A stretch of DNA of 64,000 nt from Raillietiella orientalis (Eukaryota). The notes under the pieces are model-generated. The model ran no database searches. It saw only the letters and a program-made list of their open reading frames with translations, and was not told where the DNA came from. The DNA is taken from the NCBI GenBank assembly GCA_036172245.1, contig JAYWIR010000015.1, forward strand, positions 3,534,001 through 3,598,000, given 5' to 3'. The position numbers and the translations under genes were made by a program. Below, one piece after another: positions 39,801 to 53,250 of the stretch; the first letter of the stretch is position 1, and each line of letters begins with the position of its first letter.

Positions 39801-40599
39801 ACGTCAAGCGAGCGAGGGAAGAGAAGACACAGTCACTCAGTGCATATGAATGATCGAAAGGGAGGAGCTTCCCTGCATCTGCAGTTATCTAGAAGGCTGC
39901 AATGTTTGCACTGTAGGCATGGAAACGTTCTCAAAACTGCTCATTCGGTGAAGTGGCACTCAAAGAGCGTTTCCATGTCCCGTCTCGCGATTCCACTTGG
40001 AAATTTTATCCGTGATGGCGTGTTAGAGTTTAGGCTAGGATGTGCCTCTCTTTAAAAACTGCGAGAATGCTGAATGTGTGTGTGTGTGTGTTTTAGCAGG
40101 CGATTCTGTCTACAGTAGGAGCCATCCGTGGAAACTGGCTAGTGGTGGTAGACTCGTTCGGAACGACGGTCGTCATTTTCCATTCTCTGGAATTGGGATT
40201 TTGGAGTCCGCATGGGAGGGAGATTTCCAGCACAAGAAGCTGATGAGCTCCTTGTTTCAGTCATGTAGACATTCCAGGTAATTCTCCAAAGCTGGAGGCA
40301 GTTACAACTCTTCTTGTTGGCTTTCGGTCACGAAATCATCACTTTCTTGTTACCGAAAGCACTGAACTGCTGCAGGTGATTTCCTGATGAGGACATGGTT
40401 GCCTGTTTTAATTAACATGCTCGTGATGGGAAGGAAAAAAAATCTTGAGAAGAGAAAACAGACCCCATGCATCAGTCGGAAACGCCCTCCTGCATCTTCT
40501 GATGTGAATCATTATTAGAACTTTGCCTCTGAAATGAATCTTTCGTATTTTTAATTTTCGAAGAGGGGAGTTGGCCATCTATCCTCCTTGAAGGAGTTG

Positions 40600-41400
40600 T
40601 TTGTTTCTTTCCCCTTTCTTTGCATTTAATTGATTTGCATTTACTTGAAGGAATTATCCAGAACAGAGGGCAGATATGGAACGATGATCTTTTGTAGAAT
40701 TTTTTTGCTAAGCTTTTTTTTCTTGTTTTCCGTTTCCAGTTTTTCAAGGTCTTCCGGACCCTCTAAACAGATTTGCGGAGAATTCGCACAGCGGAAGACA
40801 GCAGGACTTTGCGTGCTTCCGTGGAAACCTGCTTGAAGCTGAATTCCTGATGCCTGAAGAAATTCCTGTGGGAACTTGCGGCACTCCAGAAATCGCCTCC
40901 TCTGTTTGCTACCACGGAGACTCTCAAGAAAGACTCGCACTCAAGGGAATGAACATCCTGTTTGCTTTTGCTGCTGGCATTGGAAATCTGTTTGACCTCG
41001 ATGTCGCATACTGAGCCTTGAGCACGTTGCTTTTCCGCTCGATCAGTCTGTCACCGCTCATTTGTCACACACAGTTTTCACATCCAAAAGAGTTGCTTTA
41101 TTTTCATCTGAAGGATAAAGAATGGACCCAAGGCATAGGAAAGCTTTCTGATCCCTAATTGCCAACCTTTGCTGTGCTTCTGAGATATGCATCAAAGGCA
41201 GAAGAATTAAACAGCAACTGGAGAATCCATCTCCTCTGTCCCGTTGCCCATTCAGGTAAGAGAAAAAGCGCTGTGGAACTTTTCTTGTCTTGTTTGGTTC
41301 ATTCCTTTGGTAAGATCATGGTTTCTTCTTCCTAACTGGTGGGCAAGGGTACCTTGAAGGCCTTTAGAATTGGCACATGGTACGCACACATGGCTCCTGG
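40600..41400 (-). mobile_element. Degenerate RLE-type RT remnant
   Basis: LPTS*EEETMILPK, DQKAFLCLG, LLDVKTVCDK, FLQASGIQL, KKILQKIIVPYLPSVL. Confidence 0.55.
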
Positions 41401-42249
41401 TGCGCAACTCGGCCTTTCCAGGATGTTGAAGAGGATGAATTTCCCCTCTTGTCAGGCCTTGGTTCCCCTTTCAAGAAGCGTAGCTTTCAGGAACTCTGGC
41501 CCGTCGAAAGATCAATATACCGCGCTTATGATGGATTCTAAGTTTCTCTCAAAGTTAACCCTCTCATGAGTCGCAGAGTGCTTACCAGACGAAGTCTGGG
41601 AAGGATAAACGTGGAGAATCTGGGAGATGTCACATCTTTATAGCAGTAGCTGGTCATCTGCTTTTTAATTCAGCTGAGCTGTGGCAGTTCGTGTCTTGAA
41701 GTGACAGTGGAGACAGTGGAGACCGATGCAATCAGCCAATTCCGGTAGCCGTCTCAAAACTTCGGGCAGGGTTGTTATCCAAACTTCGTGCATACAGTGA
41801 TTTTAAATGTAGGGGTATAGAGAAATGGAAGGGAGGATTTCCACTTTTTTCTCCTGTCTCTTCTCCCCTTCTACAATGTTGAGGAGGCAAGCCCGACACG
41901 GACACTGAGTGATTCATTCGATTTTTCCAATGGGCATATTGTGGATGGTGTGGGTTCGAGCCCACCAGCTCTTTTCTGATGCGTTCCCCCTGTATCTTGG
42001 AATCTTCTCAGCGATCGTCTGAGCACTCTTCGATCCGAAGATCCTGCAGCAATCAAGCACTTCTTCAGAGTCGAATTATGGAGCCAGCCTTCCACGTTTG
42101 CTCTTCTTCTTTTGTCTTGCCTCTTCGTCCGCTGTTGATACGTGAGACAAGTAAAGTCCAGCAAGATCACTCTCTTTTCTCTTTTAAGTCCTATCAGAGC
42201 GAATCTCAAGTTTGAGTTTTTTCCCGAGATGATCTGGCTGGCAACTACC

Positions 42250-42500
42250 AAATCCCAAGGTTTCAGGGTAGCCTCCTTGATGGAATAGCCACATCCTCAA
42301 CCAGTGCGTTAATAACCAGACGACAATCCTCGAGAAGCATGGCAAAACGGTACCCAGAGATTTTTCCCTTCTTCCACACCTTCTAAGCAGACGACGAGCA
42401 GGATGGTATCTGAACAAACAAGGGGTTGATCCCCGCCTCTTGATTGAATCTTCAAACCGAAGATGTTCGTCATAGGTGTCTCCTACACAGGACATTGTAT
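42250..42500 (+). mobile_element. RLE-type knuckle/endonuclease fragment
   Basis: SHILNQCVNNQTTILEKHGKTVPR (H.LN.C..I..RH) then KMFVIGVSY. Confidence 0.45.
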
Positions 42501-43029
42501 TTTCTTGATCCTGATGTTTTGTGGTAAGGGTTGTCCATTCTGTCTTTTGCTGAATTGTGCATAGATATGTGCTGAGCGTTGGTCGTGGAGTCTCCAGATG
42601 TCATCTTGGTTTTTTTTTTCTTTCGGACGTCCATTCTACCCGATTTCCTTCGGGTGCTTGCCTTCTTGCTGTCCCAGTGCTTTTGAGGTTGCTGCTGGGT
42701 TTGGTCCACTTTCCGTCGATCGTTCCGAGGATGAATTCCCACAATTCCTCGTATGTTGATGGTACTCGTAGCTATTGTTCCACTGACGAGGGCATCATTC
42801 TTTGGAATATATCCTTCAGTTCTGAAGCCAGGGAACTTTATGATTCGAATCAGCTGTCTACAGTGTAGTTGTGGGCCTCGTTGGATGGATTTGGTAGACC
42901 GCTATTCTTAGGAAATTGCAACTATCTCATGTTAGTACCAATTAGCAACTATCTCGTTATCATTGATGACCATCCATTCGACCTTCTTTAATATTCGGCA
43001 TTGTTGTCATTGTACTAGACCGGTGAAGG

Positions 43030-43475
43030 GGGTTTTCACGACAACCTAGAGCTGACATAGAGATAATCTTCAATCGACTATTGCGAGCTCTTTTGCAATA
43101 ACCTGTTGTTCAGTGACTTTTGGTTGGTGGATTCGAGCCATCATCATCAAGGTCAGCTATTCCTTGGAGGAAATAACGAAAGCGTTCAAGGAGACAAAGC
43201 AGAAGAAAGAGAGAAAATACGACAGACCTACCTCTCCTCCTCTTTTCTTTCAGAAGTTCAGGCATCTGTCCGAGAGTTGGTGGTAGGTTCCCTGGATCGC
43301 GGGATCCAAAACGCTCCATAAAGTTCCGTGACAGCTTGAGGTCTATCGGATTAGGGAGAACCAAATCAGATACATTCGAGTTCCAGAATCCAACATAGCA
43401 GAAATGTATATGGAAATTGTTCACCAACCAGATGAAATATCTGGACGACATTTGCAGCAGACACCACAAGTAGTC
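43030..43475 (+). mobile_element. RLE endonuclease-domain remnant
   Basis: AIIIKVSYSLEEITKAFKETKQKKERKY, ELVVGSLD, LRSIGL..YLDDICSRHHK*. Confidence 0.7.
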
Positions 43476-44499
43476 TCCTTTGCATTTAGAGAATGCGGCA
43501 CCGTTCTCCATCAGCTCATACTTAAAACAGGAGCAACATTCTGAAAGCTTTTCGCCAGCATTGCACGGCTGGAGCTCTGGAATTCCTGGAAGTTCCCACT
43601 AAGTATGCAGTTGCATTCACCCCGTCATTCGTCTTTAGCGTCTTCACATCCGGTTTAGACCTGGTTTCCTGTCGGAACACCAGGCAACCAACTCCCTGCT
43701 CCCCAATAGTAGCTAGCTTAGAAACCACACCACAAATGATGTGTTCGTTGTGCTGGTGGAAGTTTTCGTGCACAGCTCCCGCATTGGCAGCTAGTGTATT
43801 TCTTCCTCCCGGGTAGCGTGCGTGTCTCGTGCGCCGTCCTTACGGGTGAACCACAATGCTCCAGCATCTCAGCAGCCGGCAGCTCGCAACTCCCTTTTCA
43901 ATCTCTCTACAGCAGCCAGCGCCATTCGCTGTTTCATCTGCTTCCCCGTCCTTGTTGGGAAGAGTGAGTTGGCCGACTGTAGGAACGGATGAAGACACCA
44001 CCACCTAGCAACGCAGCCCCGAAGCCGGACGTCAGGGTTTTCTCAAGTGTCTCAGAGGCGCCTTTTATTTCCTCTTGTGCATGCTCTGGACCCGAGCGGA
44101 CAGCAGATAGCAAGAGTGCGGCAGCGAGAGTGTATCAACTCGGGGAGGGAAGTGAAGTGGGAATCTGAAACCCCCTCCTCCAGGAAAGAGGAAAAAGCAG
44201 AAGAGGCAGAGACGACTGTGGGAGCCTTGGGAGTGTCCTTCATTATTCATCAAATCATAGAGCTTTTTTCGGGTCCCAGCTTTCTGGGATTGCTCTCGCA
44301 TCCCCGTTGGAAGCGTTCGGAAGGAGTAGGGGAGGATTTTTCTCTATCCGCAGTATTCAGGGGAGTTCTGCGATCTCCCTCATATGAACCCCCTGCACGC
44401 GTCACTCTTTCCCCGTGGGATCCGCTCTGAACACAGAGAGGTGTTCGCAAACCAAGGAAGAAGTTCTCGCCTTCCGGAAGTAAAAATCCTCTCCCAAGA

Positions 44500-45600
44500 G
44501 CAAGCGCTGGATGAAGGTCAGCAGCTACCGTGCGGCGCAAGGTGAAGCGCTACAACTCCTCTCTGTACGCCGAGGCATCACGAAACGCAGTCTTCCGGAG
44601 ATGCTGCTGCCGGTGGACGCTCCCGCAATCGGTGAGGAGGAACGCGCGCGTCTCGAAAAGACCTTCACTTTGGAGGAATTTCTCTCCTCATCTCAGAGCT
44701 CAGGATACGGAAAGCACCAGGGGAGGATGGCCTCCTGGCGCTTAGAGCCGGTGCTGATGATCGAGATAGGCGAGAAGTCAGCCTCTTTCCTCTCAGTCAA
44801 AGTGCGTCTCCTGTCGAAAGGCGGAGACCTTCGTAGCCTTGACAACTGGCGAGCGATCACGTTAGTGGTCTCGGATCTCAAGTTCTGGCAGCTGTGAACG
44901 TACAGCTAGGAAGGATTGCGAACTCCTTGCCATGTCTGCAGTAGACAGACTCTGTTCATAGGAGGTTCATGGATACACGGACCTGGCTTGAGATACATTC
45001 ATCTCTGGACAGTCACAGAGCACGTAGCACTGCGAAAGTCTGTGCGCGGAGGATCACCACATGGAAGAAGTCGATCCAGTTGCAGTCGATCCACAGAAAA
45101 CGTTCGAATGCATCAGCGAAAAACTCCCCATGACCCCGAACTTTGGGAACAACTAGGGACTTACTTGTGTTTCATCTCCAGCAACGAGATAATCTGCGTT
45201 TTTTACAGTTACTACCACTTTGCGGTGTGTCCGTGAGAAGAGGTATTAGATGATTTTTGGCAAGTGGGCAACCTTTGCTCTTCAGTGCCTTCTTTCAGGT
45301 CGTGCTGAAGGCGCACAGGTTGACGCTGGCTAACCTGCCGACGTCCTTCCCCGAAATGTCATCCGTGGCGAGCTTCTCGGACGACCCGCGTCTCCCGCTA
45401 CCCTTGTCCATCCCGGCCGCCTTTCTCGAGGTACTCTTCGAGCTAATCCTTCGGGAAACAGGCATGCGCTTGAACAGGGAGAAGTCCGCGGACATCTCTG
45501 TTGAAGTGTCGTGGGAGACGCAGTCGGAAGGGATCCCCTGGGGATCTACACGGACAGCTACTTCACGTACCTTCGCTGCCGATGGGTAGCTTCTTCTGCT
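44500..45600 (+). mobile_element. L1/Tx1-type reverse transcriptase pseudogene
   Basis: LEKTFTLEEF..GYGKHQG, LLSKGGDLRSLDNWRAITLVVSDLKF (K.GD..L.NWRPI.L..D.K), PLLF, ASFSDD (YADD-equivalent), ETGMRLNREKS. Confidence 0.8.
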
Positions 45601-45690
45601 CAGAAATCTGGACCGGTTATTTTTAAGAGGCTTTTCGCTCATTCATGCCGGACTGCTTATTTATAAAGAAAAGAAAAGAAAAGCGTATAT

Positions 45691-45756
45691 GGAGTGGAAA
45701 TGACAGGAACTATGTATACAAAGAGTATACATAGTTCTTCCTGTCATTTCTCCTCC
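45691..45756. repeat. Long inverted repeat / hairpin
   Basis: GAAATGACAGGAACTATGTATAC (45697-45719), loop AAAGA, GTATACATAG[TTC]TTCCTGTCATTTC (45725-45750); 23 bp pair with one 3-nt bulge, extended by GGAG/CTCC. Confidence 0.9.
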
Positions 45757-45859
45757 TAAGAAAGCACAAAAGTCCAGTCGAGAGTTCGTCAGCTCTCAGG
45801 TCAGCTGCAAAAATTGTTCAGAACATTGCTGGGATAAGAGGGTAAGCAAATAAATAAAT

Positions 45860-48600
45860 AAATGGATAAATATATGACTAGTTGACAGGAGGGGAATACC
45901 AGAATTGATGCTTGTCTTTTACAGCCTCCACAAGACGTTGCTGATCTCCTTGGTGACTATATTTTGTAAATGGGGCCACCTGCACTCCTTCGTCATGGAG
46001 GAAACGACAATGAGGATAACTTCCCATTGTCTTTGGTTCAGCTTCATCGAGTAGCGAGCATTTGTGATGCTGAGGATGCAACATGAAGTCTCCATTCGCT
46101 GCGGCGGACGAGGGACTCTCTCGCGAGAAGGACCGACGCAACAGTGCAGCCGAAGAATCCTCGTGATGCAGGAGAGCTGCAGGCGGTCGCTCGCTCAACT
46201 GAGGTAGGACTCTGCAGCTCATCAATATGCACCGGAGCGATTCGATCTCTTCTCACCCTCCACACTCCGTAGAAATGCCCTCCCTCGAAAGGTAGTGCAG
46301 GCCTAGTGCAAGAAGAGCACCACCACGGCGTATTGCAACCCGAAGAGGAACACGGAAGTTCTAGACACAGGAAGGGAGGGTGGACTTGCAGTTATTCCGG
46401 AAGCGCACTTGGAGTTCCGTCCCATCTGCGTAGTCCCTTAGCCTGGAGGGTAAGGAGTAACCACGTTGGTCAGCACCTTGGAGGCACATCCTCCTAAGGG
46501 TTTCTTCACTTCTGTGATGGTGTAGAGAGATGGCTCTTTATCCGTTCCTGGATAACAAGTTCTGCTTTCAGGAACGGATCATCAATTAGGACTCTTTCCT
46601 TGACTCCTCCTTCCAGGCCCTATTTTTGTTTGCCCGCCTCTTACTTGGAAAAGCTCCGGGTGCAACGCTTCGTACGAACCGGTGAGGTCTTGCATCCACT
46701 TCAACGACCTGGTAGCGTCGCTTCGGTAGACCAGGTCTGACCTTCTGGTTCTTTGAGAGATACAATTGCGAGTGTAACTCAGCAAGCTGGTTCTTGTGGA
46801 GAACTCTTGGATTAGAAACTGGTCCATGCCATCGCGTCTCATCCTATGTCGTGAGAGGTTGGCAGCGAGTCATTGAAGCGCATTTTGCCGCATGTCCTAC
46901 AAAAACGTCTCCCTACCCGTCGAAGCAAATGGTCTCGCCTCTTGAATGGCATCCTGGAATCTCGTGCCTCCCTACGAACGCGTGGCAGCAGGAGACAGTT
47001 TGCACTCGGTCGACACTCGTGGAAATGAATCAACAGGTACCTCACCCCTTGTGCAGTCTCGTGGGAATGCCTCTCGGCGACATCATGCGGGAACAGACAA
47101 AGTGGCTCCGAGCATCATTGAGACTCCTAGCTGAAGAGCTGTCTGCTCTGTGGGAAGAAGACAGTGATCCACTGGCAGGGCGGAGTTCTTCTGCAAGTCG
47201 AATGAGCCAAGAAACCTCTGCAACACTCTGCGGCGTGAGAGCTGGTCGATGTGGTCCGCCCACGCTGCCTGGAGAAGCGTCCTCTCCGGTGGACCGAACT
47301 CCTTAGTGTGCCCACTGAGAAAGTTGTGATCTTCCCGTGTGCAAGAACGCTTCGTGCTTCTCCAATGCAGGGAGCCTCGCGTCTGGGAAGGAGGGAAGGG
47401 GTGGTGGAGGGGAGGGGAAGAAACTCCCCGAACTGTCCCATATCGATTCGTCCCCGCATCCTTTGCTTGGCTGGAACAGGATCTCCAGCTCGCGGACAGC
47501 GTTAGCTAAACCTAGGGAAATTGACATCCCTTTCGAGAAATGTCGAGGTTTATCGGGAGCATGATTCTTCCAATCATGGCAGGGGCCAGGGTGAAAACAG
47601 AGGATCGCACATGTCGGCGCTGCCGAACAAAAGACGTTGTCTAATATCTTAAACCACTGCAAGAGGCACTATCGTCTGTTCCCTGGGCGGCAAGATGCGA
47701 TTCAGGAAATGTTCAGGATGGCCGAGGCGGATGAAGCAAAGTAGACTCTAGTGTCCACCGTCCAGAGAGCTCCAGGAGTAGAATTTTTCTCGCTACCAGG
47801 CCTAATATTGAAGGGAGGCAATAGAATAAGAGTTCCGGACATTTGCTGTCCGTTCGAGGATGGAAAAGGGACGCTCAGCACAGCTAGGAGGATCAAGCTG
47901 GAAAAATACAAGAGGTTCTCCATCTAGGCAAGGAAGGGGAGCAATGCAAGGTGCATGCTCTCATTGTTTGGCTCACTAGGAGCCTGGGACCCAGATAATG
48001 AAGAAGTACTCTACGACTCGGAGTTCCTAGGAAATATTCGGAGACGATGAGACACCGGATGGTGGCCTCGTGCATCCGATACTCTAGGGACATCTACGCA
48101 ACCCACATCACAGGAATATCACAGGAAACCAAAACTCATGCGCTTCCATAACTCGGCGATCAGCTCTCGCAAGACGGAGAACAAGATGCTGAGAAAGCAA
48201 TGGAATAGGGAACAGTGGGCTTTCCAGGTGGACAGTGGAGGAAATCTGGAAGAATAGGAAGAAACCCTCCTGTAACGCATTGTTGAATTGTAAATTTGAA
48301 TAATGAAAGACCCTGTGGGGCAACGTCGGGATATGGAATCTCCTCCACGTTGCATTTGCCTGACCAAGCCTTTCGTAGGCAAGTAGCACTTTCGGGAGTG
48401 TTTCCCGCAATGGCTGCACTCTTTGGTGACGTTCCTCACTACGGGGGAGATGCCAGTGCATCAGCAGGATGGCCGTTTGAATAGAAAGAGGATGGAGGCG
48501 TCCACAAGGAAACTCCGAAATCTCGAAGCTTCCACGGGAAACACCGAGAAAGTTGCCTCTGCCCAGCATGACCTGGAGGGAACTCGGTCGGAAGGTTCGA
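45860..48600 (-). mobile_element. Eroded, deletion-shortened L1/Tx1-type element
   Basis: In order: CSHCGKHSRKC (ORF1 knuckle-like, ~48420), VDTRVYFAS (endonuclease end-like), GVRSTGEDASP (RT4), AAWADHI (RT5), VRYLLIHF (RT7), ECGG*EEIESLRCILMSC (knuckle), SMTKECRWPHLQNIV (shared C-terminus), TTTA tail. Confidence 0.6.
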
Positions 48601-48699
48601 GTGTGCAGTTGACTCCCGACCCGAATGGCTAGCGAGCATCCGCTACGTGCACACGGCGGCTCGGGGATCCCGCATGAGAAGTTCTCTACTGCTGTCCCT

Positions 48700-49720
48700 C
48701 GCCTAGCAGCTGCTTACCTTATTGGCAACATCGAGACCACGGAAACAGCAGTAGCCTTCCCGTGGACAGATCGGATGGGCGCCTGCCCTTAACCTCACTC
48801 CCTCGCGACAGCTTCTCTTGTGCTTCTCTTCCAGCTTCGGGAGTCTTGCTCCCGAAGCTGGAAGAGTGCTAAAGTGCCCGCACTGGCAAGACTCCAGAAG
48901 AGCATGCCGTTTCTCGCCCCTGCCGCATATGGGATTGCTAGAAGCGTTCCAAGGCGATCAACGTTACCTAAGAGAAGAGAGGGAGACAGTGGCTTTATCT
49001 TTTTTAAAATCAGTCGCGCTGCTGCAGCAGCTGCCGGTGGTTGTAATTCTTGGATGCCAACAAAAGTAAAAGAAACAGGAAATTCAGACAACTGGTCGTT
49101 TCCTTGGCTCAGAAAGGAGAAAAAGATGGAATGTTTTGCAGTGTCAATTTTTAGAACGCTCGGTTTAGAACAGGTTTGTCATTATGAGATTGACAATAGC
49201 AATGACACGAAAGCCCTTATCACCACAATGGAACTGTTGGGCTTTCCTCTGCGAGAGAACGTTTGGCGGCTCTTCAGACAGCAAACGAAGGAGTATTGCC
49301 TGGCTGTTTCGTGGGGCTTTCCCAGATGCCACATGCAGATTTTTCCTTTCTTGCGTGAGCCATGGTTCACGGACCTCCACCACCACCACCGCTTACAACC
49401 ATTCACGAATCCGCTCTGCATCTCGCTTCGCCACATGCTGGAACAGCGGCAGCACCAGATGTTGGTTGTCCTCTTAATTCCATCCACGATGAGGGGCTAA
49501 GAAAACGGCCTGGATTCCTCCCGGAATCAAAGAGGAACGTCTCCTGCTTCCAGGAAAGGCCATAAGAAAGATGCTGAACGGAAACCCGATGACATTTCCT
49601 TCTCCCCATCACCATTATTCCTCTTTTTTTATACGATAAACGTATGCTCCTGGTATTTTTCCATATTGTATGTATATTTGTGTGTTTATTCATTTTATTT
49701 ATTCTATTCCCGCTGACTTA
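48700..49720 (+). mobile_element. L1/Tx1-type 3' remnant
   Basis: ORF 48820-49500 ending VVLLIPSTMRG then KRPGFLPE in a shifted frame resembles the shared C-terminus; TTTA-rich tail at 49685-49710. Confidence 0.4.
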
Positions 49721-51019
49721 TTCTTACTGAGTGTGGTTTTCTCTTGGCTACAGATCTGCGTGTTGGAGTCGTCCAGTCGTGTCTCTCAGGCACGTTAATG
49801 TTTGCTTATTTCCTTCCCGGATGAACGTCCCGGCGAGACCGGCTTTATAACAACAACAAGGACAAGTAGGTCGAGGTGACGGCGGAGACCTAGGAAAATC
49901 CGTCTCTTGCACTTCTTAACGTAATCCGGAATGTCTTGAGAGCCTGCTCGGTTTTTGGCACGAACGCGCTCCTGCGACGGAGTTCCACTGGCCCAAACGT
50001 GCCTTCCTCCGAATTTCTCTGATCCACAGTCATCCCAGGGCACCCTCATAACCAACGGTGAAGAGGAAACCTTTTCCAGCTAGAATCATTTCGAGGCTTT
50101 TTGTTGCTCCGCAAGAAAATACTGGTGCTCAGAGCAGCTCTGATGGACATCACTGATCATTCATATTGCAAAGAGCACGCTGAACGCCTCAGAAACGATT
50201 ACAGTCGATTGCCTTCATACTTGCAAATTTATCAAGTGTCTTGCTCTCTCTTGCATGTCTTCTTCGTCGATCGATATCCAGCTGCCATCGTAAGGTTGGC
50301 CCTTCTTGCCATTTCTTTAGAAAAAAAGTTTTCCTGCAAGACTTTTTTCTTCGTTGAGCAGAGTCTCTTGAGATCAGGACTGACGTTTACGAGTGTCTCG
50401 ATTTGAGCAACACCGCCTGCATCCATTCCTCTGCCTGAAGTGATGGAAGTGAAAACAAGATACTGAGACCGAATCTTCCTATTTTCTTGCAAACGTAGGT
50501 CCCATCATCTTATCTCTATCGAGGGACTAAAAAACTGCTCTCTCCTGGTATATAGTAGGATCAAAGACCTTAAGGAAGAACTAGTGAAAGCCAGAATCGC
50601 AGGTTGTGATGAGAAACCATCTGTTGCAGTGAGTAAAAGAAAAGTACCGAGAATTTTCCTGCAGACATGCCACAGCTCGGAACTGATAGGATGAGCCTTG
50701 AGACACTGTGATGATTTGTAGCGGTTGGGCTGATGACATATGACTTCCTCCCGAAAAAAATAAAGTACGGTTGGAGGAAACGGTAATCCGCTCCCGTAAC
50801 GACGGTTTCAGAGTCTCGTAAGCAGTAAGGGTGTTCGCCATGTCAGGTGCGAGCATCTTGGAGAAACAGAAACGCAAAAAAGGAGGTGGATGCTGGGAAA
50901 TAAACAAATGCCTGAGTAGAAAATAGAAATCAAAGCCTATTTCTCAATGTCATGCGCATCTCCATGGGACATCCTCCCTAATCCCGAAAATATCAAGACG
51001 AAGATGCGAGCAGCAACGC

Positions 51020-53250
51020 ATGATCGTCCAGCAGGACAAAAGTGGAGTTGAGAAGATAACTTGTGTCATAGAGACAAGCTGGAATCGGCAAAAGACTGTA
51101 TGCAATACACTTGCTGTTCTCCCAGGAATGTGGCTTGGTTTTGCAGCGTCATTGGAAGAAAGATTTCTTGCATATGCAGAGACAAGCAGCAGAAGACAGG
51201 TATACCGGTAATGTGTTCCTCTACCAACGAGCACTTCGTCTGTGAACCACTCATTTCAGTTGGAAAAACATGCCGAACTCCTGGAGCTCCCAAACTTGAT
51301 ACTGTGAAATGGGAAACAATTCATTTGCGGATTGATCCAGAAGTCCTCTTGTTTCACTCGTAAATCTTTTGAGAACTGAAGAGAAAATCTTTTGAATGTT
51401 TTCTCAGTTGCATTTGAATAGTTCCACTATTTTGTGTATAGGGAGAGATACTTTTTTCTTGTTCTCTAAGTGGCTTTCAATCATCTAAGCGGAAAGAAAG
51501 CAATTTCTTTCTCAAGGTCCAGAAGATGGAACAACCAAAATAGATTTTCGTCCCAATATCCAAACAATCGGCCTGAAGTGAGTATCGGAAATTTCTGAAC
51601 TTTCCAACAGACATCACCAGGAATCATCTTCAGATAATTTCATCACGAATAAAGTGCTCCTTTGTAAAGAATGTGGAACGAACTATCTCTTTGAACTACT
51701 TATTATTCTTCGTATAACACCAATGCCTAAGGTCGGTGCATGCCGCAACAAAGTATTTCGTCTCTGAAGAAGAGGATTCCTTTCATTTAAGACCAGATGT
51801 CTTAGAATGATCAGTATTTTGATTAATTTTGATTCATCTAAAATCCTATTTTCTAGGAAAAAAAAATCATTCATCAATCCACTTCCATTTCAGCAATATC
51901 CTTTCATGTTTTGGACTTGACAGGTGATGTTTCATTCAAATCTGTGAAGTCATTCGACTGAGGAAATCTCCAGTTTGTAGAGGAAACGGCAGACGCACTA
52001 AAATGACCAGTACCGCGCGAAGAACAGTAGCTACAGAAAAATGTGAAAACTTGCAGTAGTATTAACGGATAGTACTGCAACACCAAGCTAATTGAGCTGC
52101 CAAAAAACTGTGGCAGTCGGTCAGCACGTTTGGCTACACGATCAAGAGAGCATGACAGCTTATTTCTCTGCATTTGATCTCCAACAACACCAATCATCTA
52201 ACGAGTTCCGAAGTCTCAATGAGAGAACTCTAAGCAAGTTGAACGTTCCTCAATCGTACAGCGAAAAGATACACTAAATCCAAAGCCAAAGAAAAATTTG
52301 AACGGTTCTCCTCTTTTACCAAGGACTTGATGATAATCTCAGGCATCCATACCAATGATCGAGCCTCATAGGAGAGTTTGGCTGCAAAAACAAAAGGTTG
52401 TCGAGACGGTGTCTTCGCATGTTCAAAGAGACTACCATTGCTTTCTATAAAGTCAAGCTTGTAGGCAAAAAGATTACGAATAACTACTGTTGCCACCGAA
52501 ACAAAGGATGTCTTCCTTGCAAACGGCCTCTGCTTTCCTTAGGCTTTTTGAACCATGCTGCAAGCCTGCATGCCACTAAAGTGTGAGAAATCCGATTTCG
52601 AGAGGATCATGACGAGAAAAATCCTGATTCATTGAGACAGGAGAGGCAAAAACAGCATTTGGGCCACACGCTAGTTTCACCATGAAGAAGCTTATCCATT
52701 CGAAGAGACTTGTCCACTTCTCGTAATTTGTAAATATCTGATAATTAAGGTATCCGTCCCTCATTCGTGGTCATTCAGCATTCAACAGCATCGTGAAAAG
52801 CACCTGAAATACATATCGGAAATGTAGCCATGGAGCAGTCCATTTCACCTTTTTTTTCGGGGGGGGGGGGGACTTACCCTCTACAGAACTAGGAAAGTCT
52901 TTGGAGGCACTGCATCCATTCCTAGAATTGTTTGCTCTTTCAATTCTGGAAAATTCTTTTCTTTTCCGCGATTCTTGCTACAGAGCTTCAGTTGAGAATC
53001 ACTCACTTGATGCAAACAGTGGGACAGCATCTTCTTACTCGACATCACACGAATCTGCTAACTAATCTGCCAATGTTAACCTCTCCATTTAACGCACCGA
53101 TCTGCCAGGTGGACACCAATAGAAAAGAAAGAGCTCTTCAAACGACATCGTCTATCCTTGAACGAATGATCCCTATTTTTCACATTACTTCACACTTGCA
53201 CACTGCATCTGTGGGTGTTGCTCCTATGGAACCGGCATCGTCCTCCTCCT
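51020..53250 (+). mobile_element. Near full-span but eroded RLE-type (NeSL/Utopia-like) ORF
   Basis: WNRQKTVCNTL..LEERF, GAPKLDTVKWE..IDPE, SSTIL..SKWLSII, DNFITNKVL, TNA*G..PQ, TAYFSAFDL, SLA..QKVV, FQFWKILF, THLMQTVGQHLLTRHH, all in canonical order. Confidence 0.55.
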
